DNA from: Candidatus Poseidoniaceae archaeon
GTDB lineage: Archaea; Thermoplasmatota; Poseidoniia; Poseidoniales; Poseidoniaceae
DNA: 64,000 bases
NCBI GenBank assembly: GCA_949372645.1
Contig: CASIAP010000001.1
Coordinates: 17,802-81,801, forward strand
Direction: 5' to 3'
The notes below the pieces were generated by a model. The model was given only the letters and a program-made list of their open reading frames with translations, had not been told where the DNA came from and searched no databases. Shown in pieces: positions 1 through 9,980 of the stretch. The stretch's first letter is position 1, and each line of letters begins with the position of its first letter. The position numbers and the translations under genes are program-made.

Positions 1-20
1 GATAATTTGTTCCTTCCATT

Positions 21-725
21 TCAATTTCCTCCATCGAGTGATTTTTGTGCTTGTTCCAAACGTTGTTCGAGATGCGTAATTCGCATTGAAATCATCATAT
101 GTCCAATGATAAAGATTGTAAATGAAAGAGCCCCAATAAGAAGAACAAGAGCCATGCTCGATTGCAATGATCCACCATCATCTCCTGCAGCGATGACCGG
201 GCCAGGGTGGCGTATTTGCCAAATGCGTGTCGCAACATAGGTCAGAGGTACAAGGATAAAACCATACAATCCAAAGGTCGAAAACGTATCTCGAGTTTCA
301 ACACCATCCGGTTGACTTTGACGGCCAAGGACTAAAAACAATGCAAGCAGGGTCAAAAGTCCAAAAGTGTTCAAGCGAACATCCGTCCAATCCCAAGGAG
401 TGCCCCATTCAGCAGCGCCCCAGACGCATCCAGACCAGACCGCCATCAAGCCACAAGCCAAACTCGCTTCTGCTCCTGCGACATGCAATCGCCAGCCGAG
501 AGGGCTTCGTTTGAAAAACCATAGAGCAGAGCCAGTAAATAAGACTCCAAAAGCAATGAAAGCAGCCCACGCTGAAGGCACGTGCCAATAAAAAATCCGT
601 TGTGCAGCAGGTGATTCAAAAGCATTAATGGAAACACTTGGTGCCCAGTTTAACCCCAAAAAGAGGGTTGACATGATGCCGGCAAACCCGATGCCAAGAC
701 ACATCTCCGGGACTCGCCGTCGCAT
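21..725 (-). CDS. ccmC: Cytochrome c-type biogenesis heme exporter protein C (CcmC), polytopic membrane protein
   Basis: 234 aa hydrophobic protein. It has the CcmC signatures FYWHVPSAW and the WWD-type tryptophan-rich motif WGTPWDWTDVRL. It lies downstream of the ccmA/B fusion on the same strand; the operon probably continues beyond the window start. Confidence 0.75.
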   Translation of the reverse strand: MRRRVPEMCLGIGFAGIMSTLFLGLNWAPSVSINAFESPAAQRIFYWHVPSAWAAFIAFGVLFTGSALWFFKRSPLGWRLHVAGAEASLACGLMAVWSGCVWGAAEWGTPWDWTDVRLNTFGLLTLLALFLVLGRQSQPDGVETRDTFSTFGLYGFILVPLTYVATRIWQIRHPGPVIAAGDDGGSLQSSMALVLLIGALSFTIFIIGHMMISMRITHLEQRLEQAQKSLDGGN

Positions 726-764
726 GGAAGGAACTGCTCAGCACTCCTTCTTGAACTTGGGTGT

Positions 765-2033
765 TCACAAAGTTCCTAAATATTCGACCACTAAGGCCCA
801 TGGTAGAATTAAAATTGGAAGTAACAACCTGATAAATACCGCATTTGGGCGCGCCAAACGCATGGTGCTCAATTCGATGAATCGAACGCACAACAAAGTT
901 ATCCAAAGAACACCTGCTCCAATGAGTGAAAGCTTCCAATTGAATGAATCAAGGAACAGGAAACATCCAAGTGCAGAGAGAGTAAACCCAAGAACTGGAG
1001 CGAAGAAATCAGCAGCAGGTAGTCGATTGACATGAGCTCTCCACCAATCAACAGCACGATGCTCCCTCATGAGATAGACGACTGGATCGCCTGCTAACCC
1101 TGCCGCAAAAGGGGCAGCAAGAATAAAACCGACGAGCATGTTCTTCTCGAGATTAATCGGGTCGATGAATGCTAAAAGTGTACCAAGTACTAACAATGCA
1201 GCAATTCCGTTACGTGCAATACCTGCACGTGTAGAACGAAGGTAGCGGTGTCCTGTTCTTGACGAGAGTAGACTTACATTCTCCTGCGTTCCAACAGCCT
1301 TCCATGGTTGACATTTGGGTTGTTCTTGATTCGTTTCTGATTCAAGGTCATGCAATCGAGTTGCACATTTCATCATCTCTGGATGGTGTGAAGCAATGAC
1401 AAAAGCGTGACCAGCCTCGCGCAATTGCCCGATGTCTGAAATCAATGCAGCAAGTGCGTCCTCATCCAAGCCAGAATCTGGTTCATCGAGTAGAATTAAA
1501 CGAGGTTGAGGCGAAAGCATGGCCGGTAAAAGACCAGCTATGACCGCCACTTTTCGAGCTTGACCACCGGATAACTGACCAATTCGGTCGGAACTCCGAT
1601 GCGCAAGTCCGTATGCGTCAAGAATTGGGAGAATATCTGTTTTCATTCCCGACAGAGAACAGACGGTGGTAAGGTGGTTTTCAATGGTTTCATCACCCAA
1701 TAAACCGTTGCTTTGAAGAGTTAATCCAAAGGGTTGTTTGGCAAGAGCTCTGCGACCTTCTGAATCGACAACTAATGAGCCATGGTGATGCACTGAACCT
1801 TTTTCCAGGGGCAGCAAACGTGCACAACTTTCGATAACCGTCGATTTTCCCGCTCCGTTTTTACCATGCAGCACAACAACATCTTTTGAAGCGACTTCAA
1901 GATTGAAACCGGTCAAGACGACACTCATGCCACGGCGGACCTCAACGTCCACGAGGCTGAGCAATGGTGCTGCCATGGATGTGCGAGATTGGAGACCGAC
2001 ATCAAACCTCCCATTCGTACTTTGTACAACCAT
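765..2033 (-). CDS. ccmA: Fused CcmA (ABC ATPase) - CcmB-like (heme exporter permease) protein
   Basis: N-terminal ABC ATPase with Walker A GKNGAGKST, signature LSGGQARK and Walker B ILLDEPDSGLD. C-terminal ~200 aa form several hydrophobic helices as in CcmB. Sits immediately upstream of ccmC. The true start may be an internal Met (e.g. MAAPLL...). Confidence 0.65.
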   Translation of the reverse strand: MVVQSTNGRFDVGLQSRTSMAAPLLSLVDVEVRRGMSVVLTGFNLEVASKDVVVLHGKNGAGKSTVIESCARLLPLEKGSVHHHGSLVVDSEGRRALAKQPFGLTLQSNGLLGDETIENHLTTVCSLSGMKTDILPILDAYGLAHRSSDRIGQLSGGQARKVAVIAGLLPAMLSPQPRLILLDEPDSGLDEDALAALISDIGQLREAGHAFVIASHHPEMMKCATRLHDLESETNQEQPKCQPWKAVGTQENVSLLSSRTGHRYLRSTRAGIARNGIAALLVLGTLLAFIDPINLEKNMLVGFILAAPFAAGLAGDPVVYLMREHRAVDWWRAHVNRLPAADFFAPVLGFTLSALGCFLFLDSFNWKLSLIGAGVLWITLLCVRFIELSTMRLARPNAVFIRLLLPILILPWALVVEYLGTL

Positions 2034-2041
2034 GAACTCAA

Positions 2042-3109
2042 ATGCGTGCTCTCATTAGGCTGTGCATGGCCACAGTCATGTCCTTGTTCGGTACATCCGA
2101 GTGGCTGCTGTTTGGGCTTTGGGTGGCCGCTATTGTTTGGCCGATAACCTATGCCATTCGGCATCGAACCTCATTAGCGCTGTCAATCACGGTTGGACTG
2201 CTTTTGGGATATTTGGTTCAGGTTCTTGGTCAGTTTGCATTTACCAATGGTTGGATTGATGGATGGCTTTGGTGGGATTATGTCTTGATTCCGAATCGAA
2301 TCAGTGGAGTTGCTTGGTTCCATACTTTCTTTTCTGCTGGATTTTTGCACAGTCCATCGAATGCATCTCACGTACTGGGTAATATTCTGGTTATTGCTTT
2401 GGTTGGTGTTCCGCTGGAACAGCGGCTTGGTACCCGTCGATTTGTTCTTGTCTATGCCCTCGGGTTATTCGGAGGTTCCTTTGCTTGGTTTTTGTTCAAT
2501 TTGACCTCTGGAAACCCCTCTTTGGGTGCTTCTGGTGCGGCGTTTGGACTGTTTGGCGCATACCTGGCAGGATGGCCTAAGGATGAGATACCTTTTCCGC
2601 TCATTTTAATACGCAAATGGCCTGTATTTTACCTTGCTTTGTTTTATTTTGCGATGGAGGTTTTCCGAGCCTATACGACACTTGGTCTCAACCAAGCTAG
2701 TGACGTAGCCCATATGGCGCACTTAGGCGGCTTTTTAGCGACCTATCTGTTACTCCCATTGATCGCTAAAAATGGACCTTATCCACTCGGTATCGAAGAC
2801 GGTGGACCGACCTCATCCAGCGGTGAACGTTCACGATTGAATCAAATTCGAAGTGTCATGGTTGACATGTCCAACGTCGTAGATCCTTGGACTGCACGTG
2901 ATATGGCGATTCCACGTTCTATCCGGGACCCTTTACGTAGCCTTTTGGCTTCTTCAGATGAACCGGAGACACGTTTGGCTTGGATGGAACATCTTGCCGA
3001 TGCAGCAGAATGTCCTGAATGTCAAGCCCCTCTTGGTGTTGTAGAACGAGCATCGGGCCCTCAAATGCAATGTTCGATTGAACCCGAACATCTCAATTGG
3101 CCAGAATGA
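2042..3109 (+). CDS. Rhomboid family intramembrane serine protease
   Basis: Six to seven TM helices. Catalytic GASGAAFG (GxSG) motif and downstream His in AHLGGFL. C-terminal soluble extension with CPEC...C. The start may be an internal Met (MATVMSLFG). Confidence 0.75.
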   Translation: MRALIRLCMATVMSLFGTSEWLLFGLWVAAIVWPITYAIRHRTSLALSITVGLLLGYLVQVLGQFAFTNGWIDGWLWWDYVLIPNRISGVAWFHTFFSAGFLHSPSNASHVLGNILVIALVGVPLEQRLGTRRFVLVYALGLFGGSFAWFLFNLTSGNPSLGASGAAFGLFGAYLAGWPKDEIPFPLILIRKWPVFYLALFYFAMEVFRAYTTLGLNQASDVAHMAHLGGFLATYLLLPLIAKNGPYPLGIEDGGPTSSSGERSRLNQIRSVMVDMSNVVDPWTARDMAIPRSIRDPLRSLLASSDEPETRLAWMEHLADAAECPECQAPLGVVERASGPQMQCSIEPEHLNWPE

Positions 3110-3126
3110 TTCTCCAAGACCTCCCT

Positions 3127-3142
3127 AGCCCCTTTAGGGGCT
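3127..3142 (+). terminator. Perfect GC-rich hairpin (AGCCCC-TTTA-GGGGCT) 18 nt after the rhomboid stop codon
   Basis: 6 bp GC stem with a 4 nt loop, read directly from the sequence. No oligo-T tract follows it, so a termination role is uncertain. It could instead be a regulatory element for the downstream subtilase gene. Confidence 0.25.
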
Positions 3143-3200
3143 GGGGAGTAGCCAAAGAAAGGATAGGCTCAAAGGCGGGACGGCACAGCAGCATATCGGA

Positions 3201-6200
3201 GTGGGTGGTTTGCAGTCGTCATCATCATGGAAATCTCAACGAATTTCACTCTTTTTGGTCATCGTTTTTTTGTTTGCAGACCTTGGAGTACTTGCGAATG
3301 AATCTGAAACAAATGTTTCAGAATCTCTCTCTCAACCTCTCTTTTCTGAACCTATATTGGTCGAAGGCTTACCGCCGTTAATGTGTGGTGAAGAACTGTG
3401 CTTACGCCCAATCCGAGATATCGATCGTGGCGATCGGGTCTCAGCAGAAGCAGTTCAATGGTGGCAATCTTACGGTCCCGACCTTGATTGGAACGGCATG
3501 GATGATCGTCTTCAACGGGTCTTAGCTGGTGAAGAATCTGTTTCACCCACAGCTCTTATTGGCCCTGATGGCCGGAAAACAGTGGCGATCGTTGTCGACT
3601 ATGCTTGGCGAGCCAATGACGCCGAAATAGAAACTCTACGAACGGTTCTTGATGCGCATGGCTGGGTTGGAGAAGAAGGTGGCGCATGGTTCCAACAGCT
3701 CATTGATATCGATTCGGTGGCTATCGATAAAGTCCCAGTTTCCGCTCTTATGGATCTTTATTCGTTATATGGCGTCGTGGTGATTGAAATGCAAAACCTC
3801 ATGATACCGTTCAATGATGTAGCTGCTAAAGCCTCTCGTGCTCGACCATCTGATGTCTATTCCGCAACTGCTTACGAACGTGATTACATTGGCGAGGGAA
3901 TTGTGATTGCCGTGCTCGATACTGGCGTTGACAATGAGCATGAATCATTAAATGACTTTGATGATGAAAGTGATGAGCCGGACGAAGACCCTCTCTCTTA
4001 CAATGATCACAAGTGGGTTGCTGGATATGACGCGACCTCTTCAGCTTCAAATCCTGATGGTTCACAAGATCCTGATGATGGAAACGGACATGGGACTCAC
4101 GTTGCCGGTTCAGCTGTTGGAACGGGTGATAGTAGTCGTATCCACATGGGGACTGCTCCTGGTGCCTATCTTGTCGATATCAAAGTTCTTACCGATGCAG
4201 GCGGTACAAATTCACAAGCTTCTCTCAACGGAATTCAATGGTTAATTAACAACCAAGATACCAATTGGGGTCACAATTCTTCCACTCGCGGAATTCAAGT
4301 TGCATCGATGTCCTTTGGCTCAGCCTCTACACCACTCAATCCCGAAGATCAAGGAGATAATGGTAGCGGCTCTGAGGCGCGACTGGTCAATGATGCAGTT
4401 AATGCATCCATCGTTTGTGTCGTTGCAATGGGTAACGATGGGACCAATCGAGTCCCCTCTCCAGCCAGTGCTGATAACGCTATTTCAATAGGTGCAGCGA
4501 CAGACCGCGGAAGCATCAACAGAACCAACGATAATGTTGCGGATTACTCAAACACTGGACCTCGTCTCGACGATGAGGATGACGATGAATGGGATGAACT
4601 GAAACCTGATATCACTTCATATGGTTCTTCGATTATGTCCGCTACCGCTCAAACCGGAACGTCCTTCCCAGGTCAACCAGCCAAACCTCTTGCTGGTTCA
4701 GATTATGATGAAAAAGATGGAACAAGTATGGCGACACCAATCGCTTCAGGTATCGTTGCCCTCATGCTCCAAGCCGATCCCTCTCTGGAACCACAAGAAG
4801 TCAAAGATATTCTACGAAACTCTTCGGAACAGCGAGGCAGCGTTAGTGAACCTGGCATCTCCGACCGTTGGAATGATGAATGGGGCTTTGGACTCATCGA
4901 TGCATCATGCGCCATCGATATGGTTTTGGAAAAGGCCTGTACGCCTCTTGAGGATGGTGGAGACATCCCACCTCCTCCGACCGGAAACGGTTCAGGTGAC
5001 CACGTTGATATGTCGAAGCCGAATAACGGTTCATGGTGGATTGAAGGAAACTTCGTACGGATAGCAGGCAATACACAAGCGAATGAAGATGGTGATGAGT
5101 ATACGAAAGTTCAGATACGAATAATGCAGTATCTTGAATCTGGAACCGTTCGAGAATTACAAAGTTGGATTGACACTGGTGGCGAGGTATCGTCTTGGTT
5201 CTTGGACGTCTCGGTCAAAGAAAGCTGGATACGTCAAGATGAAGATTATGTTTTGATTCTGGCTCGTGCGCTCACAGATGAAGGTGATGAATCAGCAATT
5301 GATGCCCGCCAGGTTAACCTTGCACGCATGGCTGTGACCATTGCAGGTCCGCCTTTGGGTACAGCAATCCAAGGCTCAGTTGATTTTAGCGGAACAGTTG
5401 AAGGAGTTCAACACGACTTACTCGAATATCGAGTAGATAACGGCGATTGGCTCGTGGGTGAAGAATTAACTTCAATGGAAGTAGGTTCACAAGACTGGTC
5501 TTTCTCATGGAACTCGAATTCTGTCGATGACGGTTCACACCGTTTCTCGTTTAGAATGGTCAATGAAAGCGGTGTGATGACCGATGATGTCCGTCGAACC
5601 TATTCGGTTGACAATCAACCTGCAGCTCCCGATTTCATGTTCCAAGGTTCTGTCGAAATAATGGACCAAGCCCTTCCGGTGTTTTCTGCGGTAGCAGGCA
5701 CTGTGTTAGAAGTTGACTTTACGGTTGGTAACGCTGGAGACTTAGATGCAAACGATGTCTTTGTGCAACTGGAGGCCACCGGTAGTCAATCCGCAACCTA
5801 TCCTCGAGAGTACAGAATATCGACTCTTAATGAAGGAGAAAGTCATCAGGTGACGCTCTATTGGTGGGCTACTGAACCAGGTACGCATGACGTCACCATC
5901 TCGATTGATCCAAACAACCAGCTTGGAGACCCAAACCCCAGTAACAATGTCTACACCTTCTCGTTTGAAGTTGAGGAGCGTCCCGTAGAAGCAATGCTGC
6001 GGTTTTTGCCAGGTTCGGTTACGACCAATCCTAAAGTCCCTCTACCAGGTAGTAATTTTGATATCGATATCCGTATTGACAACTTAGGTCAAACTGAAGC
6101 CACACAGTTAACTATGCGTCTAGCACGCTGGAATGGCGGTTGGGTTGAAGTAGGAGTTTCTAATATTTTGATTGTCCCTGGTTCGGACTCCAGTTCAGGT

Positions 6201-8147
6201 CAAAGCACCGGAGGATTCAGCGAAATAGGTCTTGAACTTGGCCATGCAAAATATCAAGTTACCTTAGAAGGTAATGGGGTTGAACCGGAATTTAGCATTC
6301 ACTACTTTACCGTGGTCATTGATGATGTGATACTTGGTTCTCAGGTGAGTATATCTCTGAGTTCAGGTGAAGTTCCAATTGATTTCATTGGTTTGGAGGA
6401 CGGTGGCCTTTTGTTCACCACTCGTGATGGAGAACTTCATGTTCGAACTACAACAGCTTCAATGGTAATGCAGGTTGATGTCATGCTTGAGCAAAAGTGG
6501 GGCGGTCAACTTACCACATACTTGCGAGATGATGGTTTGGTTCAAGCAGCATGGAATCGAAAGACCATCAGTCCAGATGGCTATACACTCACTGATATTG
6601 CGATGACTTCACTCACTCGTTTAGGTGAGAAAACTCCAGTCCATCATCAGATGCCTGCGATTAAATTATCTGAGGGGTCTTATTGGGGACTTGCGTTAGC
6701 AGAACATGATGATAAAATGATTTTAGCAGGATATCACCGAGATATTTCAACTGGAGGATCATGGCAAGACATCACTTCGATTTTCACCTTGGTATCATCG
6801 AATCCCGACAGTCAATCGTCTTGGAGTTCACCGAATATTGTGCTGTCGGATGTTCAAATACGTCCATCTCAAGGTGATGCTCTGGCAATCGGTTTGGGTG
6901 AAGAAAACTTACATATTCTCTATCAAGAAGAACGAAACGATGTCACTGGAATTGATCGTATTGGATTGATGTATACGCATGGTAATCCAGACTATGCCGC
7001 TTGGGGATTCCAGTCATCCATCGGTGATCACGCTCAGAAGGCGCAACTCGTTGTTCTTACAAACGGGAGTAAGGACGTCCTTGTTGCTTCTTGGATCGAA
7101 GGTCGTGGCAAAGATGCTATGGTCGCACACATTGTTACTGACAATGTATGGTCAGGTGAAGCAGAAAAAATAGGAGCACCTGGTGTGACGCATATCGAAT
7201 TGAATCCGACTTCCGATGGTGTTCAAATCTTCTACGATGAAATAAACGTATTTGGCCCAGTTACCCGATATGGCCTCTTATCTGATTCTTCACAAGGGCC
7301 AACCCTTGCTCTTTCAAACATTCTTACTGGAGGGTTTTTGAAAGGACATGCAGGAATGGAATTCGATGGAATTCTCCTACTTTCTTCTGCCAGCGGTTCA
7401 CTCAAAATGCGAACACTTGCTGATTTGGAAGGAGATTCCAAAGGACAAGACGAGTCAACATCCTTGCTCAATTCCCTGCTTGACCCTTTACCAGGGGATT
7501 ATGAAACGAAAGTATTGATTTTGGGTGTTGTATCTACTTTGTTCGTAGTGTTCCTTCTGATGATTGTTCATTCAGTTCGCTCATCTCGACGTCGTGAGGA
7601 GGAACTTGTCATTTTGGAATCAGGGCAAAACCAAGATGCAGATGCGTTAGAATTGCTTGTTGTTCCTGTCAAAGACGACGGACCACTGCTTGCCATCGAC
7701 ACGGAAACAGAAGATTTGGTCGTCGAGATGGATGACCAGTCAGTCTCGGCTATGTTGGATGATGAAGAATTGAGTTTGTCAGCCTCACTTGAAGCTAAAA
7801 ACGAATCCGGTGAAGGTAACTCCCGTCTCAATCGCCGTATGCAGCGAAAGCAACAGCGTGAGATTACTGAGATGGTTCAATCGATGAACACCTCACTTCC
7901 ACCACTTCCGGCTCTTCCTCTCACTGCTCCTGAACCAGCCCCATTGATTGCAGATTTAGCCGCTTTACCATTAATCCCACTTCCTGATGGGAGTCTACCA
8001 CCTCTTCTCGGGTTGCCACCTCTACCAATGATTCAGCCTCCTCAACGAGATGTGACGTGCCATGAATGTGCAGCTAAATTCACTGTGAAAGACATGACGC
8101 TCACCCGTGTGAGCTGTCCGATTTGTTCTGTGAAGGTTGATTGCTGA
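3201..8147 (+). CDS. Giant membrane-anchored subtilisin-like serine protease (peptidase S8) with C-terminal TM helix and cytoplasmic tail
   Basis: GTG start. Signal peptide ISLFLVIVFLFADLGVLA. S8 catalytic triad motifs DTGVDNEHESL, HGTHVAGS and GTSMATPIASG. A CARDB-like beta-sandwich motif (FTVGNAGDLDA). TM helix ILGVVSTLFVVFLLMIV followed by RSSRRRE. About 190 aa proline-rich tail ending in CHEC...CPIC. Confidence 0.85.
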   Translation: MGGLQSSSSWKSQRISLFLVIVFLFADLGVLANESETNVSESLSQPLFSEPILVEGLPPLMCGEELCLRPIRDIDRGDRVSAEAVQWWQSYGPDLDWNGMDDRLQRVLAGEESVSPTALIGPDGRKTVAIVVDYAWRANDAEIETLRTVLDAHGWVGEEGGAWFQQLIDIDSVAIDKVPVSALMDLYSLYGVVVIEMQNLMIPFNDVAAKASRARPSDVYSATAYERDYIGEGIVIAVLDTGVDNEHESLNDFDDESDEPDEDPLSYNDHKWVAGYDATSSASNPDGSQDPDDGNGHGTHVAGSAVGTGDSSRIHMGTAPGAYLVDIKVLTDAGGTNSQASLNGIQWLINNQDTNWGHNSSTRGIQVASMSFGSASTPLNPEDQGDNGSGSEARLVNDAVNASIVCVVAMGNDGTNRVPSPASADNAISIGAATDRGSINRTNDNVADYSNTGPRLDDEDDDEWDELKPDITSYGSSIMSATAQTGTSFPGQPAKPLAGSDYDEKDGTSMATPIASGIVALMLQADPSLEPQEVKDILRNSSEQRGSVSEPGISDRWNDEWGFGLIDASCAIDMVLEKACTPLEDGGDIPPPPTGNGSGDHVDMSKPNNGSWWIEGNFVRIAGNTQANEDGDEYTKVQIRIMQYLESGTVRELQSWIDTGGEVSSWFLDVSVKESWIRQDEDYVLILARALTDEGDESAIDARQVNLARMAVTIAGPPLGTAIQGSVDFSGTVEGVQHDLLEYRVDNGDWLVGEELTSMEVGSQDWSFSWNSNSVDDGSHRFSFRMVNESGVMTDDVRRTYSVDNQPAAPDFMFQGSVEIMDQALPVFSAVAGTVLEVDFTVGNAGDLDANDVFVQLEATGSQSATYPREYRISTLNEGESHQVTLYWWATEPGTHDVTISIDPNNQLGDPNPSNNVYTFSFEVEERPVEAMLRFLPGSVTTNPKVPLPGSNFDIDIRIDNLGQTEATQLTMRLARWNGGWVEVGVSNILIVPGSDSSSGQSTGGFSEIGLELGHAKYQVTLEGNGVEPEFSIHYFTVVIDDVILGSQVSISLSSGEVPIDFIGLEDGGLLFTTRDGELHVRTTTASMVMQVDVMLEQKWGGQLTTYLRDDGLVQAAWNRKTISPDGYTLTDIAMTSLTRLGEKTPVHHQMPAIKLSEGSYWGLALAEHDDKMILAGYHRDISTGGSWQDITSIFTLVSSNPDSQSSWSSPNIVLSDVQIRPSQGDALAIGLGEENLHILYQEERNDVTGIDRIGLMYTHGNPDYAAWGFQSSIGDHAQKAQLVVLTNGSKDVLVASWIEGRGKDAMVAHIVTDNVWSGEAEKIGAPGVTHIELNPTSDGVQIFYDEINVFGPVTRYGLLSDSSQGPTLALSNILTGGFLKGHAGMEFDGILLLSSASGSLKMRTLADLEGDSKGQDESTSLLNSLLDPLPGDYETKVLILGVVSTLFVVFLLMIVHSVRSSRRREEELVILESGQNQDADALELLVVPVKDDGPLLAIDTETEDLVVEMDDQSVSAMLDDEELSLSASLEAKNESGEGNSRLNRRMQRKQQREITEMVQSMNTSLPPLPALPLTAPEPAPLIADLAALPLIPLPDGSLPPLLGLPPLPMIQPPQRDVTCHECAAKFTVKDMTLTRVSCPICSVKVDC

Positions 8148-8156
8148 GGTAAAATA

Positions 8157-9977
8157 ATGTGTGGTATTTTTGCTTACTTAGGCCCTCGACAGGCGTCAAC
8201 TGTTTTGATTAATGGTTTGCGACGACTCGAATATCGCGGATATGACTCGACTGGTATTGCGGTAAAGGATGGGACAATTCAACTGCATAAGAAAGTCGGT
8301 AAAGTCGGTGATTTAGAAACAATCTTACCGACCCAAGTTCCAGGACATATTGGTATTGCTCACACTCGATGGGCTACGCATGGAATCGTCAATGATTCAA
8401 ATGCTCACCCTCATCAATCTGTGAATGGAAAAGTCGTTATCGTTCATAACGGGATTATTGAAAATACTCGCCAACTTCGTACCTCTCTAACGGTCCAGGG
8501 TGTCGAATTGCAGAGTGACACCGATTCTGAAGCGCTTGCACACATTATTGAGCGTGAACTCAGCGTGGATAATAACCCTGAAAAGGCAGTACGTCGTACC
8601 CTACATCTCGCTCGAGGTACATGGGGGCTGTGTGTCTTATTCCTTGAGCACGATGTAATCGTTTGCGCTCGTAACGGCTCCCCCCTCATCATTGGACAAG
8701 GTGATGATGAAATGTTTGTTTCAAGCGACCCTCATGCTTTGGCACCCTATACACATCGCGTCGTCTTCCTCGAAGATGGCGAAATAGCGACGCTTACGAG
8801 TACATCGATGAAACTTTCAACCTTGAAAGGTAAAGATTTCAATCCAAGCATCACTGTTCTGGAAGAGGATTGGGGTGAATCTGAACTTGGTGAATACCCA
8901 CATTTCATGTTGAAAGAGATTTATGAGCAACCTGATGCCTTGCGACATTGTATCAGTGGTCGACTTGATCGAGTTCAAGGTAATGGTCGACTGGGCGGTT
9001 TGGAATTAGAACCTCGTGATTTGGGTAAAGTCCCTCACGTTCGCCTTTTGGGCTGTGGGACTGCCTACAATGCTGCAGAAATCGGTCAAATCATGATCGA
9101 GAAATTAGCGCGTATTCCTGCAGTAGCCCATATCTCCAGTGAATTCCGACATAACGACCCCGTCATCAACCCGAATGCATTACATTTTGCAGTGACACAA
9201 TCTGGTGAAACTGCAGACACCTTGTCTGCTGTAAAAGAAATACACCTCAAAGGTGGAAGCGTGTTCGGAGTCGTCAATGTTGTCGGTTCCTCCATCGCTC
9301 GAGAGTGCGGGAAAGGTGTGTATATTCACTCCGGTCCTGAACAAGCTGTTGCATCGACCAAAGCCTTCTCGAACATGGTTGCGGCGTTATCGGTGTTTGC
9401 GCTTCAAATCGGGCGTTCTCGTTCAACCAGCAAAGAGCGAGGAAAACAACTCATTAATGGGCTACAGGAAATTCCACATTTGATTGAAGAATATCTCGAG
9501 AACCAAGGGCCGATTCTTGAAGCGGTTGAAATGATTAAAGACGCTAAATGTGTTCTGTTCCTTGGACGAGGGATTTCTGCGCCTGTCGCTAAAGAAGGAG
9601 CACTCAAACTTATGGAAATTGCCTACATCCCATGTCTGGCTTATCCTGCAGGAGAAATGAAACATGGACCAATTGCCTTGTTAGAAGAAGGCAGCCCAGT
9701 CATTTTCATTGCACCAAACGACCATGTCAAGATGAAGACGATTTCGGCAATCCATGAGTGTAAAGCACGTGGTGCACGTGTCATTTTGATTCATGAAAAG
9801 GGCGATGATATTGCCAATGAGGCCGATATCAGTATTCCAATTCCACCGGTTCATTCGCTTCTTTCACCATTGCTGACGGTGATTCCAATGCAACTCATTG
9901 CCTATCATACTGCTTTAGCACTTGGTTGCAACGTTGACCGACCTCGAAATCTTGCGAAATCGGTAACAGTCGAGTGA
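8157..9977 (+). CDS. glmS: Glutamine--fructose-6-phosphate aminotransferase (isomerising)
   Basis: N-terminal MCGIFAY (Ntn Cys2). Two SIS domains. C-terminal ...NLAKSVTVE. 606 aa, typical length. Confidence 0.9.
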   Translation: MCGIFAYLGPRQASTVLINGLRRLEYRGYDSTGIAVKDGTIQLHKKVGKVGDLETILPTQVPGHIGIAHTRWATHGIVNDSNAHPHQSVNGKVVIVHNGIIENTRQLRTSLTVQGVELQSDTDSEALAHIIERELSVDNNPEKAVRRTLHLARGTWGLCVLFLEHDVIVCARNGSPLIIGQGDDEMFVSSDPHALAPYTHRVVFLEDGEIATLTSTSMKLSTLKGKDFNPSITVLEEDWGESELGEYPHFMLKEIYEQPDALRHCISGRLDRVQGNGRLGGLELEPRDLGKVPHVRLLGCGTAYNAAEIGQIMIEKLARIPAVAHISSEFRHNDPVINPNALHFAVTQSGETADTLSAVKEIHLKGGSVFGVVNVVGSSIARECGKGVYIHSGPEQAVASTKAFSNMVAALSVFALQIGRSRSTSKERGKQLINGLQEIPHLIEEYLENQGPILEAVEMIKDAKCVLFLGRGISAPVAKEGALKLMEIAYIPCLAYPAGEMKHGPIALLEEGSPVIFIAPNDHVKMKTISAIHECKARGARVILIHEKGDDIANEADISIPIPPVHSLLSPLLTVIPMQLIAYHTALALGCNVDRPRNLAKSVTVE

Positions 9978-9980
9978 GTT

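Noticed and set aside
7-240. Plus-strand 77-aa ORF at the window start
   Set aside because: It is fully contained, antisense, within the well-supported ccmC gene, and its composition (Cys/Arg-rich) is atypical.
2950-3109. CPEC...C segment at the rhomboid C-terminus as a zinc finger
   Set aside because: Only three Cys are visible (CPEC...C) plus one His. This is too weak to call a metal-binding domain without orthologs.
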